NCBI GenBank assembly: GCA_041908445.1
Contig: JAYRFK010000110.1
Span: 1,567 to 65,566 of the forward strand
Source of the DNA: Acidimicrobiales bacterium
GTDB lineage: Bacteria > Actinomycetota > Acidimicrobiia > Acidimicrobiales > DATDAH01
DNA: 64,000 nucleotides
Reading direction: 5' to 3'
Positions 1 through 11,226 of the stretch are shown here, in pieces. Positions within the stretch are counted from its first letter, which is position 1; each line of letters starts with the position of its first letter. A model generated the notes under the pieces. The model saw only the letters and a list, made by a program, of their open reading frames with translations, did no database searches and was not told the origin of the DNA. The translations under genes and the position numbers were made by a program.

Positions 1-14
1 GGCTCGGCGTACGG

Positions 15-455
15 GTGGTGCTCGCTGCGGCGGGGGTCTTGGCGCTGGGATCGTGCGGCGGCGGGGTCGGCGCCGGTGACTTGGTGGCCCAGGCGACCGG
101 TACGTGGGAATGCTCCGTGCAGCTCGGCGAGGACACCAACGACGTGACCGTCGAGGTCGACCCCGACGGCGCCTTCACCCTCACCGCCGGCGACGACCAG
201 GTAGACGGCACCTGGCAACGAGACGGCGACGAGGTCACGATCACCACCGACCAGCCATTCTTCTTCAACGAGCTCACCTACCAGGGCGCCACCGACGAAC
301 CCGAACAGCTCACCGTCGTCGAGGACGAGGGCATCACCGGCGTCTTCGACGTCGACATCGACGGCGACCAGGTCACCTTCACCCAGACCGAGTACGCGGA
401 TGGTGAGCCGGCCAATCCCGAGTACCCCGTCGTCTACACGTGCAACAAGCAGTAG
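15..455 (+). CDS. putative secreted lipoprotein, function unknown (5' end may lie upstream of the window)
   Basis: Hydrophobic N-terminus ending in a lipobox-like LGSC (AAGVLALGSCGGG). The mature part is acidic and Asp/Thr-rich. The frame is open back to base 3, so the true start may be outside the window. Confidence 0.5.
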   Translation: MVLAAAGVLALGSCGGGVGAGDLVAQATGTWECSVQLGEDTNDVTVEVDPDGAFTLTAGDDQVDGTWQRDGDEVTITTDQPFFFNELTYQGATDEPEQLTVVEDEGITGVFDVDIDGDQVTFTQTEYADGEPANPEYPVVYTCNKQ

Positions 456-533
456 CGGGGCTCGGCACGAGGCAAAGGTCGTCCTGAGCAAAGGGGTTGT
501 CAGATCGGGCGAGTCGTGCCATCCTCGGGAGCG

Positions 534-569
534 ATGTCCCGCCCCTCGACCATTCTCGTACTCACGTAG
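534..569 (+). CDS. candidate ilvB leader peptide MSRPSTILVLT
   Basis: 11-codon ORF with four consecutive branched-chain codons (ATT CTC GTA CTC), placed between a promoter-like element and a terminator-like hairpin. Confidence 0.5.
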   Translation: MSRPSTILVLT

Positions 570-602
570 CGCACGCCCCCTCGCCCCCGCGTGCGCTCAT
601 CC

Positions 603-633
603 GGCTCCCCTGACGGGGGGCCGTTGTCGTTTT
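603..633 (+). terminator. attenuator/intrinsic terminator in the ilvB leader
   Basis: 8-bp GC stem (one G-U pair) with a TGAC loop, followed by GTTGTCGTTTT. This is a rare T-rich run in a very GC-rich genome. Confidence 0.5.
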
Positions 634-725
634 CCGGCGCCGGTGCACCACCCGCCCGACACCCCCGGCGCCGTCCTCCGCCCGTCTTTCCCGCCGCAGT
701 CCCGACCTGATAGGAACCCAACGCC

Positions 726-2480
726 ATGATTGCCGAAGGTCAACCCACCAACGGTGGCCGAGCGCTGATCCAGAGCCTCGAGATGGAGGGCGTCGAGGCC
801 ATCTTCGGCCTCCCCGGGGGCGCCATCCTCCCGGTGTACGACCCCATCATCGACTCGCCGATCCGCCACATCCTCGTGCGCCACGAGCAGGGCGCCGGCC
901 ACATGGCCGAGGGCTACGCCCACGCCACCGGCCGCCCCGGCGTGGCCATGGTGACGAGCGGCCCCGGCGCCACCAACATCGTCACCCCGTTGGCGGACGC
1001 CTACATGGACTCGGTGCCCATGGTCTGCATCACCGGCCAGGTGCCCCTCGCCGCCATCGGCAGCGACGCCTTCCAGGAGGCCGACATCACCGGCATCACC
1101 CAGTCGGTGACCAAGCACAACTTCCTCATCACGAGCGCCGCCGACATCCCCCGGACGATCCGCGAGGCGTTCCACATCGCCACCACGGGCCGCCCCGGCC
1201 CGGTGCTCGTCGACATCCCCAAGAACATCGTCGACCCCATGAACCCCGACTCGGCCATGGACTGGTACTGGCCCGACTCGGTCGACCTGCCCGGCTACAA
1301 GCCCACCACGCGGGGCCACCCGAAGATGGTGAAGCAGGCGGCGGAGCTGATCTGTGCCGCCGAGCGCCCGGTCATCTACGCCGGCGGCGGCATCCTCAAG
1401 GCCCGGGCCGCGGAGGCGCTGCTGGCGCTGGCCGAGCTCACCGACATCCCGGTGGTCACCACCCTGATGGCCCGGGGCGCGTTCCCCGACGACCACGAGC
1501 TGTGCCTCGGCATGCCGGGCATGCACGGCAACTACACCGCGGTCACCGCCATGCAGGAGTCCGACCTGCTCATCGCCCTCGGCAGCCGCTTCGACGACCG
1601 GGTCACCGGCAAGGTCCCCGACTTCGCCCCCCTGGCCAAGGTCATCCACGTCGACATCGACCCCGCCGAGCTGGGCAAGGTCCGCCGGCCCGACGTCCCG
1701 ATCGTGGGTGACTGCCGCCTCGTCATCGAGGAGCTCGTCCGCGCCGTCCAGGACCGCGGCGGCGCCGACGCCCAGCCCGATCGCACCGCCTGGCGCAGCC
1801 GCATCTCCGGCTGGCAGGAGAAGTACCCGCTCACCTACGAGCAGTCCGAGCCGGGCGAGGGCCTCAAGCCCCAGTTCGTGCTCGAGACGCTCCGCGACCA
1901 CACCCCCGACGACACCATCGTCGCCTCGGGCGTCGGCCAGCACCAGATGTGGGCCAGCCAGCACTGGAAGTTCAACCACCCGTACACGTGGGTGAACTCC
2001 GGTGGCCTCGGCACCATGGGCTTCTCGGTGCCCGCCGCCATCGGCGCCAAGGTGGGCCGCCCCGACCGCATGGTCTGGGCCGTCGACGGCGACGGCTGCT
2101 TCCAGATGACGGCGCAGGAGCTCGTCACCGCCGCGGCCGAGCGCATCCCGATCAAGGTGGCGATCCTGAACAACGCCTACCTGGGCATGGTGCGCCAGTG
2201 GCAGGAGATGTTCTACGAGGAGCGCTACTCCGAGGTCTACCTGTCGCCCGACCTGCCCGACTACAAGCTCTGGGCCGAGGCCATGGGCTGCGAGGGCATG
2301 CGGGTCGAGTCCCCCGAGGACGTCCTCCCCGCGATCGAGAAGGCCAACGAGATCGACGACCGCCCCGTGGTCATCGACTTCCGCACCGACCACCGCGAGA
2401 AGGTCTACCCGATGGTCCCCGCCGGCCAGTCGAACAGCAACATCGTGGTCGACCCCTCCCAGGGCGAGGGGGGCCACTGA
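726..2480 (+). CDS. ilvB: acetolactate synthase (AHAS) large catalytic subunit
   Basis: 584-aa ThDP-enzyme sequence (GGAILPVYD, HEQGAGHMAEGYA, GLGTMGFSVPAAIGA, ILNNAYLGMVRQWQ), followed by ilvN and ilvC. Confidence 0.95.
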   Translation: MIAEGQPTNGGRALIQSLEMEGVEAIFGLPGGAILPVYDPIIDSPIRHILVRHEQGAGHMAEGYAHATGRPGVAMVTSGPGATNIVTPLADAYMDSVPMVCITGQVPLAAIGSDAFQEADITGITQSVTKHNFLITSAADIPRTIREAFHIATTGRPGPVLVDIPKNIVDPMNPDSAMDWYWPDSVDLPGYKPTTRGHPKMVKQAAELICAAERPVIYAGGGILKARAAEALLALAELTDIPVVTTLMARGAFPDDHELCLGMPGMHGNYTAVTAMQESDLLIALGSRFDDRVTGKVPDFAPLAKVIHVDIDPAELGKVRRPDVPIVGDCRLVIEELVRAVQDRGGADAQPDRTAWRSRISGWQEKYPLTYEQSEPGEGLKPQFVLETLRDHTPDDTIVASGVGQHQMWASQHWKFNHPYTWVNSGGLGTMGFSVPAAIGAKVGRPDRMVWAVDGDGCFQMTAQELVTAAAERIPIKVAILNNAYLGMVRQWQEMFYEERYSEVYLSPDLPDYKLWAEAMGCEGMRVESPEDVLPAIEKANEIDDRPVVIDFRTDHREKVYPMVPAGQSNSNIVVDPSQGEGGH

Positions 2481-2592
2481 TGTTGGACACCGACCACCGC
2501 GAGAAGGCCACCCACCCCCGACTCATGGTCCCGGCGGGCCAGTCGAACTCGAACATCGTGGTCGACCCGTCGCAGGGCGAGGGGGGCCACTG

Positions 2593-2593
<1 letters not shown>
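2480..2593 (+). CDS. 37-codon micro-ORF duplicating the IlvB C-terminal tail (MLDTDHREKATHPRLMVPAGQSNSNIVVDPSQGEGGH)
   Basis: The ATG overlaps the ilvB stop (TGATG) and the stop overlaps the ilvN ATG (TGATG). The last 22 codons encode the same peptide as the IlvB tail, with 5 synonymous codon differences. Confidence 0.4.
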
Positions 2594-4189
<1,596 letters not shown>

Positions 4190-4206
4190 GGGGTTCGACC
4201 GAGGGA

Positions 4207-4226
4207 GAAGGCGCCGGGGCGCCTTC
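4207..4226. terminator. GC-rich hairpin between convergent ilvC and a membrane-protein gene
   Basis: GAAGGCG-CCGGGG-CGCCTTC inverted repeat, 18 nt after the ilvC stop. No clear T-tract. Confidence 0.4.
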
Positions 4227-4253
4227 GGCGCGGGAGCGGAACTGCCCCAGCGC

Positions 4254-5900
4254 TCAGCCCAGGAAGCGGTAGAGGAACACGGCCATCTGGTCGCTCGGCG
4301 CGCCGCCGTAGCCGCCGCTGGTCGTGCCGCTGTAGGTGAACTCGACCCGGTGCTCCTGGGTGAGCTCGTCCGCGGCGTCCTCGCCGAGGAGGTCGGCGAC
4401 GGCGTCGTGGATGGCGGGGTCCTCGCCGTCGACCAGCGCGCCGTGGTTCACGACGTAGGCGAGGTCGCGGTCGCGCAGGAAGTCGCCCTGGGTGCCGTCC
4501 TCGGACGCCTCGAGGTACTCGAAAGAGCCCACCACGCCGTCGAGGTTCATGACCGGTTGGTCGGCGAAGTAGCCGACGACGCCGGCGTCCCACGACCCCA
4601 GCACGGTGTCCTCGGGCAGGTTGGCGGAGATCCACGAGCCCATGTCCCGGTTGGCCTCCTGGATGGAGCGCAGGTGGGGGTCGGTGAAGGTGCGGACCTG
4701 CACGACGAGGGCGAGCATCAGCGGCAGGCCGAGGATGGCGGCGATCGGGACGACGGCCTGGTGGGCGGTCTTGCCGGGCGACTCCAACCGGGCGCCGTCG
4801 CCGAGATCGGCGGCGACGAGGGTGAGCAGGACCAGCACGTAGAGGCCGAAGGGCGCGAAGTACCAGAGCCAGAGCTGGGTGGACAGCACGAGGTAGTAGC
4901 CCGCCAGCAGGACCAGGAAGGCGGGGTACCAGGCGGTGTGGGCGGTGAACCCGGCGACCCGCCAGAACTTGGGCGGGCGCTCGGGGTCGCGGTCACGGGT
5001 CAGCCACGCCATCAGCGAGACCGCGGCGGCCCCGGCGAGGATGAGCAGCAGGCCCCGGACCGGGGTGATGGCGGCTCGCTTCACGTCCCCGCTGACCTGG
5101 GTGAGGTGGCCGAACCAGGCCAGGTTGATGGCGCTGTAGGCGAGGACGGTCAGTGCGGGGATCACCAGCACCTCGGCGAGGGGCTGGCGGGCGGCGCGGC
5201 CCGTGGACCGGGCCTCGCGCAGGGCCACGACGCCCACGCACACGAGGAGCAGGGCGGCGTCGGTGCGGGCGAGGAAGGCGAGGCCCAGCAACGCGCCGGT
5301 GACCAGGCGGGTGAGCTGGGTGCCGCCGAGCACCTTGCCGTCCTGGCGGTCGACCCGGTCGAGGAGCAGCACGGCGACGAGCACCACGGGTGCGGACTCG
5401 AGGCCGTTCACCGCCATCTTCATGACGAACGGGTTGACGCCGGCCATGGCCAGCACGGACGCGGCGACGAGGGGGACGATGCGGGGGGTGCCGCCCAGGC
5501 GGCGCCCGGCGATGCCGGCGATCACCCAGAGGGTCGTGACCCACATCGCGAGCTGCAGGACCAGCAGGGCGCGGATGGCGGCGACCCCGTCGAGCCCGAC
5601 CAGGTAGACGGGGATGGCGAGGCCCAGCCACAGCGGGTGGTAGCCGTTCGTCGAGTTGATGGTGTCGAAGGTCGACCCCGCCCCGTCGGCGAGGTTGCGG
5701 GCGATCTCGGCGTAGTAGAAGGCATCGTCGAAGGTGAGCGCGAAGGGCAGGCCCTTCCACATCACGATGAGCGGCAGCCACACGAGGCCGACGAACCAGG
5801 CGGAGCGGCGCAGGACGCGCGTCGCCTCGACCTCGTCGACGGTGCGGTCGAACACCGCCGCCGGCGTCTTGGCCCCTGTCGCCCGCTCGGTCAGCGCCAC
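4254..5900 (-). CDS. polytopic membrane protein, possible GT-C-fold glycosyltransferase
   Basis: 548 aa with many hydrophobic segments. The first loop carries FDDAFYYAEIARNL...GYHPLW, resembling GT-C/PMT_2-type enzymes. The C-terminal domain is soluble. Confidence 0.5.
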   Translation of the reverse strand: MALTERATGAKTPAAVFDRTVDEVEATRVLRRSAWFVGLVWLPLIVMWKGLPFALTFDDAFYYAEIARNLADGAGSTFDTINSTNGYHPLWLGLAIPVYLVGLDGVAAIRALLVLQLAMWVTTLWVIAGIAGRRLGGTPRIVPLVAASVLAMAGVNPFVMKMAVNGLESAPVVLVAVLLLDRVDRQDGKVLGGTQLTRLVTGALLGLAFLARTDAALLLVCVGVVALREARSTGRAARQPLAEVLVIPALTVLAYSAINLAWFGHLTQVSGDVKRAAITPVRGLLLILAGAAAVSLMAWLTRDRDPERPPKFWRVAGFTAHTAWYPAFLVLLAGYYLVLSTQLWLWYFAPFGLYVLVLLTLVAADLGDGARLESPGKTAHQAVVPIAAILGLPLMLALVVQVRTFTDPHLRSIQEANRDMGSWISANLPEDTVLGSWDAGVVGYFADQPVMNLDGVVGSFEYLEASEDGTQGDFLRDRDLAYVVNHGALVDGEDPAIHDAVADLLGEDAADELTQEHRVEFTYSGTTSGGYGGAPSDQMAVFLYRFLG

Positions 5901-5976
5901 CGGTCTCTCATCGGCATCCGCGGCGGCGTTTGGAGCGCCGCTCGCCCGTCCCGTCCGCCGGGGCGCGGCCCGGCGA

Positions 5977-7719
5977 CTACATGGTCTCGGAGAAGGAGAC
6001 CTCGCCCTCGCCGCGCAGCACGTTCTTGAGCAGTTTCCCGGAGGCGTTGCGGGGCAGCTTGTCCTCGGTGAGCTCGACGTAGGTGGGCACCTTGAAGGTG
6101 GCGAGGGCCTCGCCCACCCACTCCCGCACCTGCTGCGCGGTGAGCGAGGCGCCGGGCGCCACCTGGACGACGGCCTTGACCTCCTCGCCGAGCTCGGGGT
6201 GGGCGACGCCGATCACGGCGGCGTCGGCGATGTCGGGGTGCAGCACGAGGCGCTGCTCGATCTCGACGCAGTAGATGTTCTCGCCGCCCCGGATGATCAT
6301 GTCCTTGGCTCGGTCGGTGATGAAGAGGAAGCCGTCCTCGTCCACGTGGCCCAGGTCGCCGGTGTGCAGCCAACCGTCCCGGATGGTCTCGGCCGTAGCC
6401 TCGGGCTTGCCCCAGTAGCCCGGCATGATGATCGGTCCCTTGAGGCAGACCTCGCCGGTGTGGCCCGTGGGGACCTCGTTGCCGTCGGGGTCGACGATCT
6501 TCAGGTCCACGACCGGCACGGGGGGGCCCACGGAGGTGGGCTTCTCGAGGGCGTCGCGACCGGAGATGATCGTGGCCGCCGAGCTCGACTCGGTCAGGCC
6601 GTAGACGTTGCTCGTGCTCCGGACGTTCGGGAAGGTGTCGCGCACCATCCGCTGCAGCTCATCCGCGGAGGGCGACCCGCCGAAGGCCACGCTCGTCACC
6701 GTCGACGTGTCGTAGTCGTGGCGGGCCGGGTGCTCGCACACCCGCCACACCATGGTGGGCACCGTCGCCCAGATGGTGACGCCCTCCTGCTCGATGAGCT
6801 GCAGCGCCTTCTCGGGCTCGAACTTGCCCTCGGTCATCACGAGCCGCAGCCCGGCGAGCAGCCCCACCACGAGGGTGGAGTGGCACCCGGAGACGTGGAA
6901 CAGGGGCGAGGTGAACAGCGACACGGTCTGGCCCGTGCCCATCCCGGGGGCGCCGCCGCCCTCCTCGCCCGCCTCCTCGGCCTCCTGGGCCGACAGCATC
7001 CCGGTGAGGACGCCGTTGAACAGCGTGTTCATGAGGTTGGCGACCATGTTGCGGTGGGTGGAGATGGCCCCCTTGGGCTTCCCCGTCGTGCCGCTCGTGT
7101 AGAAGATGACGGCCGGGTCGTCCTGGTCGATGGGGATGTCGGGCAGGGTCGGCGTGGGGTCGCCGGTGAGCGCCGAGAAGTCGTGCACCCGGGGGTCGTC
7201 CTCCTCGCTGGTCTCGGCGTCGATGAGGAAGACCGCCTCGAGGTCGGGGAGGTCGCCCAGGTGCTCGGCGATGCGCTCGAAGCGCCGGCCGTCGGCCACC
7301 AGGACCTTGGCGCCCGAGTCCTGCAGGCCGTAGAGGATCTCCTCGGTCTTCCACCAGCCGTTCAGGCCGACCAGCGTCGCCCCGAGGTTCACGGTGGCCC
7401 AGAAGGTGAGGCACCACTCCGGGTTGTTGGCCGACAGCACCGCCACCCGGTCGCCGTGCCCAACGCCGAACTCGTCGTGGAGGTGGTGGGCCACCGAGTT
7501 GGAGCGCTCCACGAACTCGGCCGGCCCGAGGCGCAGGTCGCCGTAGACGAGGAACGGCTGGTCGTTGCCGCGGGCGTGGGCGGCGACGGCGATCTCTCGC
7601 AGCGAGCCCATCGAGGACTTGTAGACCTTCATCTCGACGCCGTTGACCACCTCGGTCACGACCTCGAACGGCCCCCCGGGCCCCGTCAACTGCGCTCGCA
7701 CCTCGGCCGTCGTCACCAT
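5977..7719 (-). CDS. AMP-dependent acyl-CoA synthetase/ligase (FadD-like)
   Basis: Adenylate-forming motifs YTSGTTGKPKG, GYWG and TGDLG..DEDGFLFITDRAKD. Confidence 0.85.
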   Translation of the reverse strand: MVTTAEVRAQLTGPGGPFEVVTEVVNGVEMKVYKSSMGSLREIAVAAHARGNDQPFLVYGDLRLGPAEFVERSNSVAHHLHDEFGVGHGDRVAVLSANNPEWCLTFWATVNLGATLVGLNGWWKTEEILYGLQDSGAKVLVADGRRFERIAEHLGDLPDLEAVFLIDAETSEEDDPRVHDFSALTGDPTPTLPDIPIDQDDPAVIFYTSGTTGKPKGAISTHRNMVANLMNTLFNGVLTGMLSAQEAEEAGEEGGGAPGMGTGQTVSLFTSPLFHVSGCHSTLVVGLLAGLRLVMTEGKFEPEKALQLIEQEGVTIWATVPTMVWRVCEHPARHDYDTSTVTSVAFGGSPSADELQRMVRDTFPNVRSTSNVYGLTESSSAATIISGRDALEKPTSVGPPVPVVDLKIVDPDGNEVPTGHTGEVCLKGPIIMPGYWGKPEATAETIRDGWLHTGDLGHVDEDGFLFITDRAKDMIIRGGENIYCVEIEQRLVLHPDIADAAVIGVAHPELGEEVKAVVQVAPGASLTAQQVREWVGEALATFKVPTYVELTEDKLPRNASGKLLKNVLRGEGEVSFSETM

Positions 7720-7840
7720 GCGCCCTTTCTAGCCCTCCCGCCCCGCTCCCGGGGACGAAGCCCGATCCAGGAAGTGTGGTTCGCCCGTCCTAGGCTGGCG
7801 GCTCGGCTTGGTCGATGAGCGGGCTGGAGGAACGACCGTC

Positions 7841-8563
7841 ATGGCAGTGCTCGGGGTGAGCGAAGGGATCGTCGGGGACCTCTCCGACTGGGTGACGGAC
7901 GTCATCGACGCGATCGGCTACCTCGGCGTGGCCCTGCTCGTCGCGCTCGAGAGCATGTTTCCGCCCATCCCCTCGGAGGTCGTCCTGCCGGCGGCGGGGT
8001 TCGCCGCGGGGGAGGGCGACGCCAACGTCTGGGGGATGATCGCCGCCGCGACGGTCGGCTCGGTGATCGGCGCCTGGTGGCTCTACCTCACCTCCGCCGC
8101 CATCGGGCGGACGCGGCTGCACGCGCTCGTCGTGCGCTACGGCAAGTGGGTCGGCGTGCGCCCCCACGACCTGGTCCGCGCCGAGTCGTGGTTCGACGAC
8201 CACTCGTCGACGGCGGTGCTCGTCTGCCGCTGCATCCCGCTCGTCCGCTCGCTCGTGTCGGTTCCTGCGGGGTTCCGGCGCATGCGCCCCCTGACCTTCA
8301 CGCTCTACACGGCGATCGGGAGCGCGGTCTGGAACACCGTGCTCATCGGCGCGGGCTACGAGCTCGGCGAGAACTGGGAGGCGGTGTCGGACTGGGTGGG
8401 CACGTTCCAGTACCTCGTGATCGCCGTGATCGCGCTGGCGCTGGGCTGGTGGCTGTGGACCCGGTTCCTGTCGCCGACCCACCGGGCCCGGCGCGCGGCC
8501 GAGGACCGGGCCCTCGCGGCAGCTGAGCCCGACCCCGACGCCGTCCTCGATTCCACCGACTGA
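7841..8563 (+). CDS. DedA family membrane protein
   Basis: The pattern LVALESMFPPIPSEVVLPAAGF plus hydrophobic helices is typical of DedA/SNARE-associated proteins. GGAGG lies 10 nt before ATG 7841; an alternative start is at 7808. Confidence 0.8.
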   Translation: MAVLGVSEGIVGDLSDWVTDVIDAIGYLGVALLVALESMFPPIPSEVVLPAAGFAAGEGDANVWGMIAAATVGSVIGAWWLYLTSAAIGRTRLHALVVRYGKWVGVRPHDLVRAESWFDDHSSTAVLVCRCIPLVRSLVSVPAGFRRMRPLTFTLYTAIGSAVWNTVLIGAGYELGENWEAVSDWVGTFQYLVIAVIALALGWWLWTRFLSPTHRARRAAEDRALAAAEPDPDAVLDSTD

Positions 8564-8632
8564 GGGCCGTGCCGGGTCGGCCGGTGCCGGTCAGTTCGAC
8601 GCGGTTCGGGCACGGCGGTCAGGCCAGGGCGG

Positions 8633-9769
8633 TCAGGCCAGGGCGGCCAGCACGTGGTCGATGCTCTTGGTGAGCTGGGCCACGTCCTCGGGGTCGATGG
8701 CCGGGAAGAGTGCGATCCGCAGCTGGTTGCGGCCGAGCTTGCGGTAGCTCTCGGTGTCGTGGATGCCGTTGGCCCGCAGCACGCCGGCGACCACGTTGGC
8801 GTCGACCGAGTCGTCCAGGTCGACGGTGGCCACGACGTGGCTGCGCTCGGCGGGGTCGGACACGTACGGCGTGGTGAGCTCGCCGGCCTCGGCCCAGGCG
8901 TAGACGGTCTCGGCGGACCGGTCGCAGCGGCCGGCGGCGAACTCGAGGCCGCCGTTGTGGTTGATCCACTCGACCTGCTGGACGGCGAGGAACACCGTGG
9001 CCAGCGCCGGCGTGTTGTAGGTCTGGTCCTTGCGGCTGTTGTCCAGAGCGGTCTTGAGGTCGAGCGAGGCGGGGATCCAGCGGCCCGAGGCGGCGATGCG
9101 CTCGATGCGCTCGACCGCCGCGGGCGACACGGCGGCGAGCCAGAGGCCCCCGTCGGAGCCGAGGCACTTCTGGGGGGCGAAGTAGTAGACGTCGGTCTCG
9201 GCCGCGTCGAAGCGCAGGCCGCCGGCGGCCGAGGTGGCGTCCACGGCGACGAGGCCGTCGGCCGCCGTGGTGCCCTCGGGGCGTCGTGGCGTGTGCATGA
9301 CGCCGGTCGACGTCTCGTTGTGGGTGAGGGCGTAGACGTCGACGTCGGGGTTGGCATGGGCCTCGGGGTGGGTGCCGGTGGGCGACTCGATCACCTCGGG
9401 GTCACCGAGGTGGGGGGCGGCGGCGCACACGGTGGCGAACTTCGACGAGAACTCGCCGAACGACAGGTGCTGGCTGCGGTGCTCGACGAGGCCGAAGCTG
9501 AGAGCGTCCCAGAACGCCGTGGTGCCGCCGTTGCCGAGCATGACCTCGTAGCCGTCGGGCAGGCGGAGGAGCTCGGCGATGCCGTTGCGCAGGTTGGCGA
9601 CCACGGTCCGCACCCCGTCCTGGCGGTGGCTGGTGCCGAGGTAGGTCGGGGCGGCGGCGGCCAACGCCTCCACCGCCTCCTGGCGCACCTTGGAGGGGCC
9701 ACAGCAGAAGCGGCCGTCCGCGGGCAGGAGCTCGGCGGGGATGGTGATTTCTGGCAGCGCGGGACTCAT
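8633..9769 (-). CDS. serC: phosphoserine aminotransferase (actinobacterial type)
   Basis: Sequence [10 protein letters not shown]...[11 protein letters not shown]...[16 protein letters not shown] resembles mycobacterial-type SerC. Confidence 0.88.
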   Translation of the reverse strand: MSPALPEITIPAELLPADGRFCCGPSKVRQEAVEALAAAAPTYLGTSHRQDGVRTVVANLRNGIAELLRLPDGYEVMLGNGGTTAFWDALSFGLVEHRSQHLSFGEFSSKFATVCAAAPHLGDPEVIESPTGTHPEAHANPDVDVYALTHNETSTGVMHTPRRPEGTTAADGLVAVDATSAAGGLRFDAAETDVYYFAPQKCLGSDGGLWLAAVSPAAVERIERIAASGRWIPASLDLKTALDNSRKDQTYNTPALATVFLAVQQVEWINHNGGLEFAAGRCDRSAETVYAWAEAGELTTPYVSDPAERSHVVATVDLDDSVDANVVAGVLRANGIHDTESYRKLGRNQLRIALFPAIDPEDVAQLTKSIDHVLAALA

Positions 9770-9867
9770 CGCGTGCCACTATCGCGGCAGGGCCGCAGCC
9801 GAGCGAATCGGTATCGGCGCGCCGCCCGCCCGCCGCCCGTGACCACCCCACCCCCGAAGGACCCCGC

Positions 9868-11076
9868 ATGACCTCCAGTGCCCGCGACGTCCGCCTCAGC
9901 ACCCGGGTCGGCGCCATCGCCGAGTCCGCCACGCTGGCGGTCGACGCCAAGGCCAAGGCCCTCAAGGCCGCCGGCGAGCCAGTGATCGGCTTCGGCGCCG
10001 GCGAGCCCGACTTCCCGACCCCCGCCCACATCGTCGAGGCCGCGGTCGAGGCCTGCCGCGACCCGAAGAACCACCGCTACACGCCCGCCGCCGGCCTCCC
10101 CGAGCTGCGCGAGGCGGTCGCAGCCAAGACCGAGCGCGACTCGAAGTACACGGTGGCGCCCGGCCAGGTGGTGATCACCAACGGGGGCAAGCAGGCGCTC
10201 TACGAGGCGTGCGAGGCCCTGCTCAACCCGGGCGACGAGGTGCTGTTGCCGGCGCCGTACTGGACGACCTATCCCGAGCCCATCGCCCTCTGCGGCGCGA
10301 GCTCCGTGATCATCCCCACCGACGTGCGCTCCGAGTTCAAGGTGTCGATCGATCAGCTCGACGCCGCCTTCACCGACCGCACCAAGGCCCTCATCTTCGT
10401 GTCGCCCTCGAACCCGAGCGGCGCCGTCTACTCGCCCGCCGAGGTCGAGGCCATCGGCCGCTGGGCCCTCGACAGGGGGATCTGGGTCATCTGCGACGAG
10501 ATCTACGAGCACCTCACCTTCGGCGACCACGTCTTCTCGTCGATGCCGGCGCTCGTGCCCGAGCTGGCCGACCGCTGCGTCGTGCTCAACGGCGTGGCCA
10601 AGAGCTACGCCATGACCGGGTGGCGGGTCGGGTGGCTCATCGGCCCCCCCGACATGGTCAAGCTGGCGGTGAACCTCCAGTCCCACCTCACGTCCAACGT
10701 GGCCAACGTCAGCCAGCGGGCCGCACTCGCCGCCGTCTCCGGCGACCTGTCGGCGGTGGCGGAGATGCGCGAGGCCTTCGCCCGCCGCGGGGCCACGATC
10801 CACCGGTTGCTCAACGCCATCGACGGGGTGTCGTGCATGGAGCCCCAGGGCGCGTTCTACGCCTACCCGTCCTTCGAGGGCGTGCTCGGCCGCGAGATCC
10901 GGGGCCAGCGCCCCCAGACCACCCTCGAGCTGGCCGCGCTCATCCTCGACGAGGCCAAGGTCGCCATCGTCCCCGGCGAGGCCTTCGGCACGCCCGGCTA
11001 CTGCCGGCTGTCGTTCGCCCTCGGCGACGACGACCTCGGCGAGGGCGTCGGCCGCATCGCCGACCTCCTCGCATGA
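9868..11076 (+). CDS. class I PLP-dependent aminotransferase (aspartate aminotransferase-like)
   Basis: [15 protein letters not shown] and the [13 protein letters not shown] lysine motif. Confidence 0.88.
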   Translation: MTSSARDVRLSTRVGAIAESATLAVDAKAKALKAAGEPVIGFGAGEPDFPTPAHIVEAAVEACRDPKNHRYTPAAGLPELREAVAAKTERDSKYTVAPGQVVITNGGKQALYEACEALLNPGDEVLLPAPYWTTYPEPIALCGASSVIIPTDVRSEFKVSIDQLDAAFTDRTKALIFVSPSNPSGAVYSPAEVEAIGRWALDRGIWVICDEIYEHLTFGDHVFSSMPALVPELADRCVVLNGVAKSYAMTGWRVGWLIGPPDMVKLAVNLQSHLTSNVANVSQRAALAAVSGDLSAVAEMREAFARRGATIHRLLNAIDGVSCMEPQGAFYAYPSFEGVLGREIRGQRPQTTLELAALILDEAKVAIVPGEAFGTPGYCRLSFALGDDDLGEGVGRIADLLA

Positions 11077-11088
11077 GCCCCAACCCCC

Positions 11089-11214
11089 CGTTCTGGGTAC
11101 ACGGTTGGGGTGCGGGTGACGCAGGCGTGTACCCAGAACGATCGGGTCTGCCGTTCTGGGTACACGGTTGGGGTGCGGGTGACGCAGGCGTGTACCCAGA
11201 ACGATCGGGGTTGC
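11089..11214. repeat. 2 x 63-bp tandem repeat; each unit is a 15-bp perfect-stem hairpin with a 22-nt loop
   Basis: CGTTCTGGGTACACG (11089-11103 and 11152-11166) pairs with CGTGTACCCAGAACG (11126-11140 and 11189-11203). The two units are near-identical by eye. Confidence 0.85.
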
Positions 11215-11226
11215 GGGGTTTCGTCG

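Larger units (their letters stand above)
497..633 (+). promoter_or_regulatory. ilvBNC leader region: candidate promoter, branched-chain leader peptide and terminator-type attenuator
   Basis: TTGTCA (497-502), 17 nt, CATCCT (520-525), 8 nt, then ATG 534. The leader ORF encodes MSRPSTILVLT. Hairpin GCGCACGC/GCGTGCGC (569-576/589-596) starts at the stop codon. Hairpin GGCTCCCC-TGAC-GGGGGGCC (603-622) is followed by a T-rich tract, about 90 nt before the ilvB ATG. Confidence 0.55.

Noticed and set aside
597-2477. 626-aa minus-strand ORF antisense to ilvB
   Set aside because: Gly/Arg/Asp/Val-rich low-complexity translation, typical of the antisense frame in high-GC DNA. It fully overlaps a well-supported ilvB. 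The same reasoning applies to many other long off-frame ORFs in the track, for example 3239..4096, 4350..6029, 5734..7818, 20427..22415, 22142..24304 and 28705..30375.
2466-2482. Stop-codon read-through of ilvB into the duplicated tail
   Set aside because: The duplicated tail is in the -1 frame relative to ilvB, so simple read-through gives unrelated sequence. Only a -1 slip on the G6 run would fuse them. No downstream stimulatory structure was seen, so this is kept only as a low-probability alternative within the micro-ORF finding.
8617-8644. 14-bp tandem duplication GGTCAGGCCAGGGC x2 at the serC stop codon
   Set aside because: A short slippage-type duplication of the gene end. It creates a second out-of-frame TCA but nothing coding or structured. 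It is too small to interpret.
11089-11214. Possible CRISPR array (also considered for 28776-28925)
   Set aside because: Only two repeat units each. The 'spacers' are either absent or part of the repeat. There are no cas genes, and the units are long hairpins with conserved loops, unlike CRISPR repeats.
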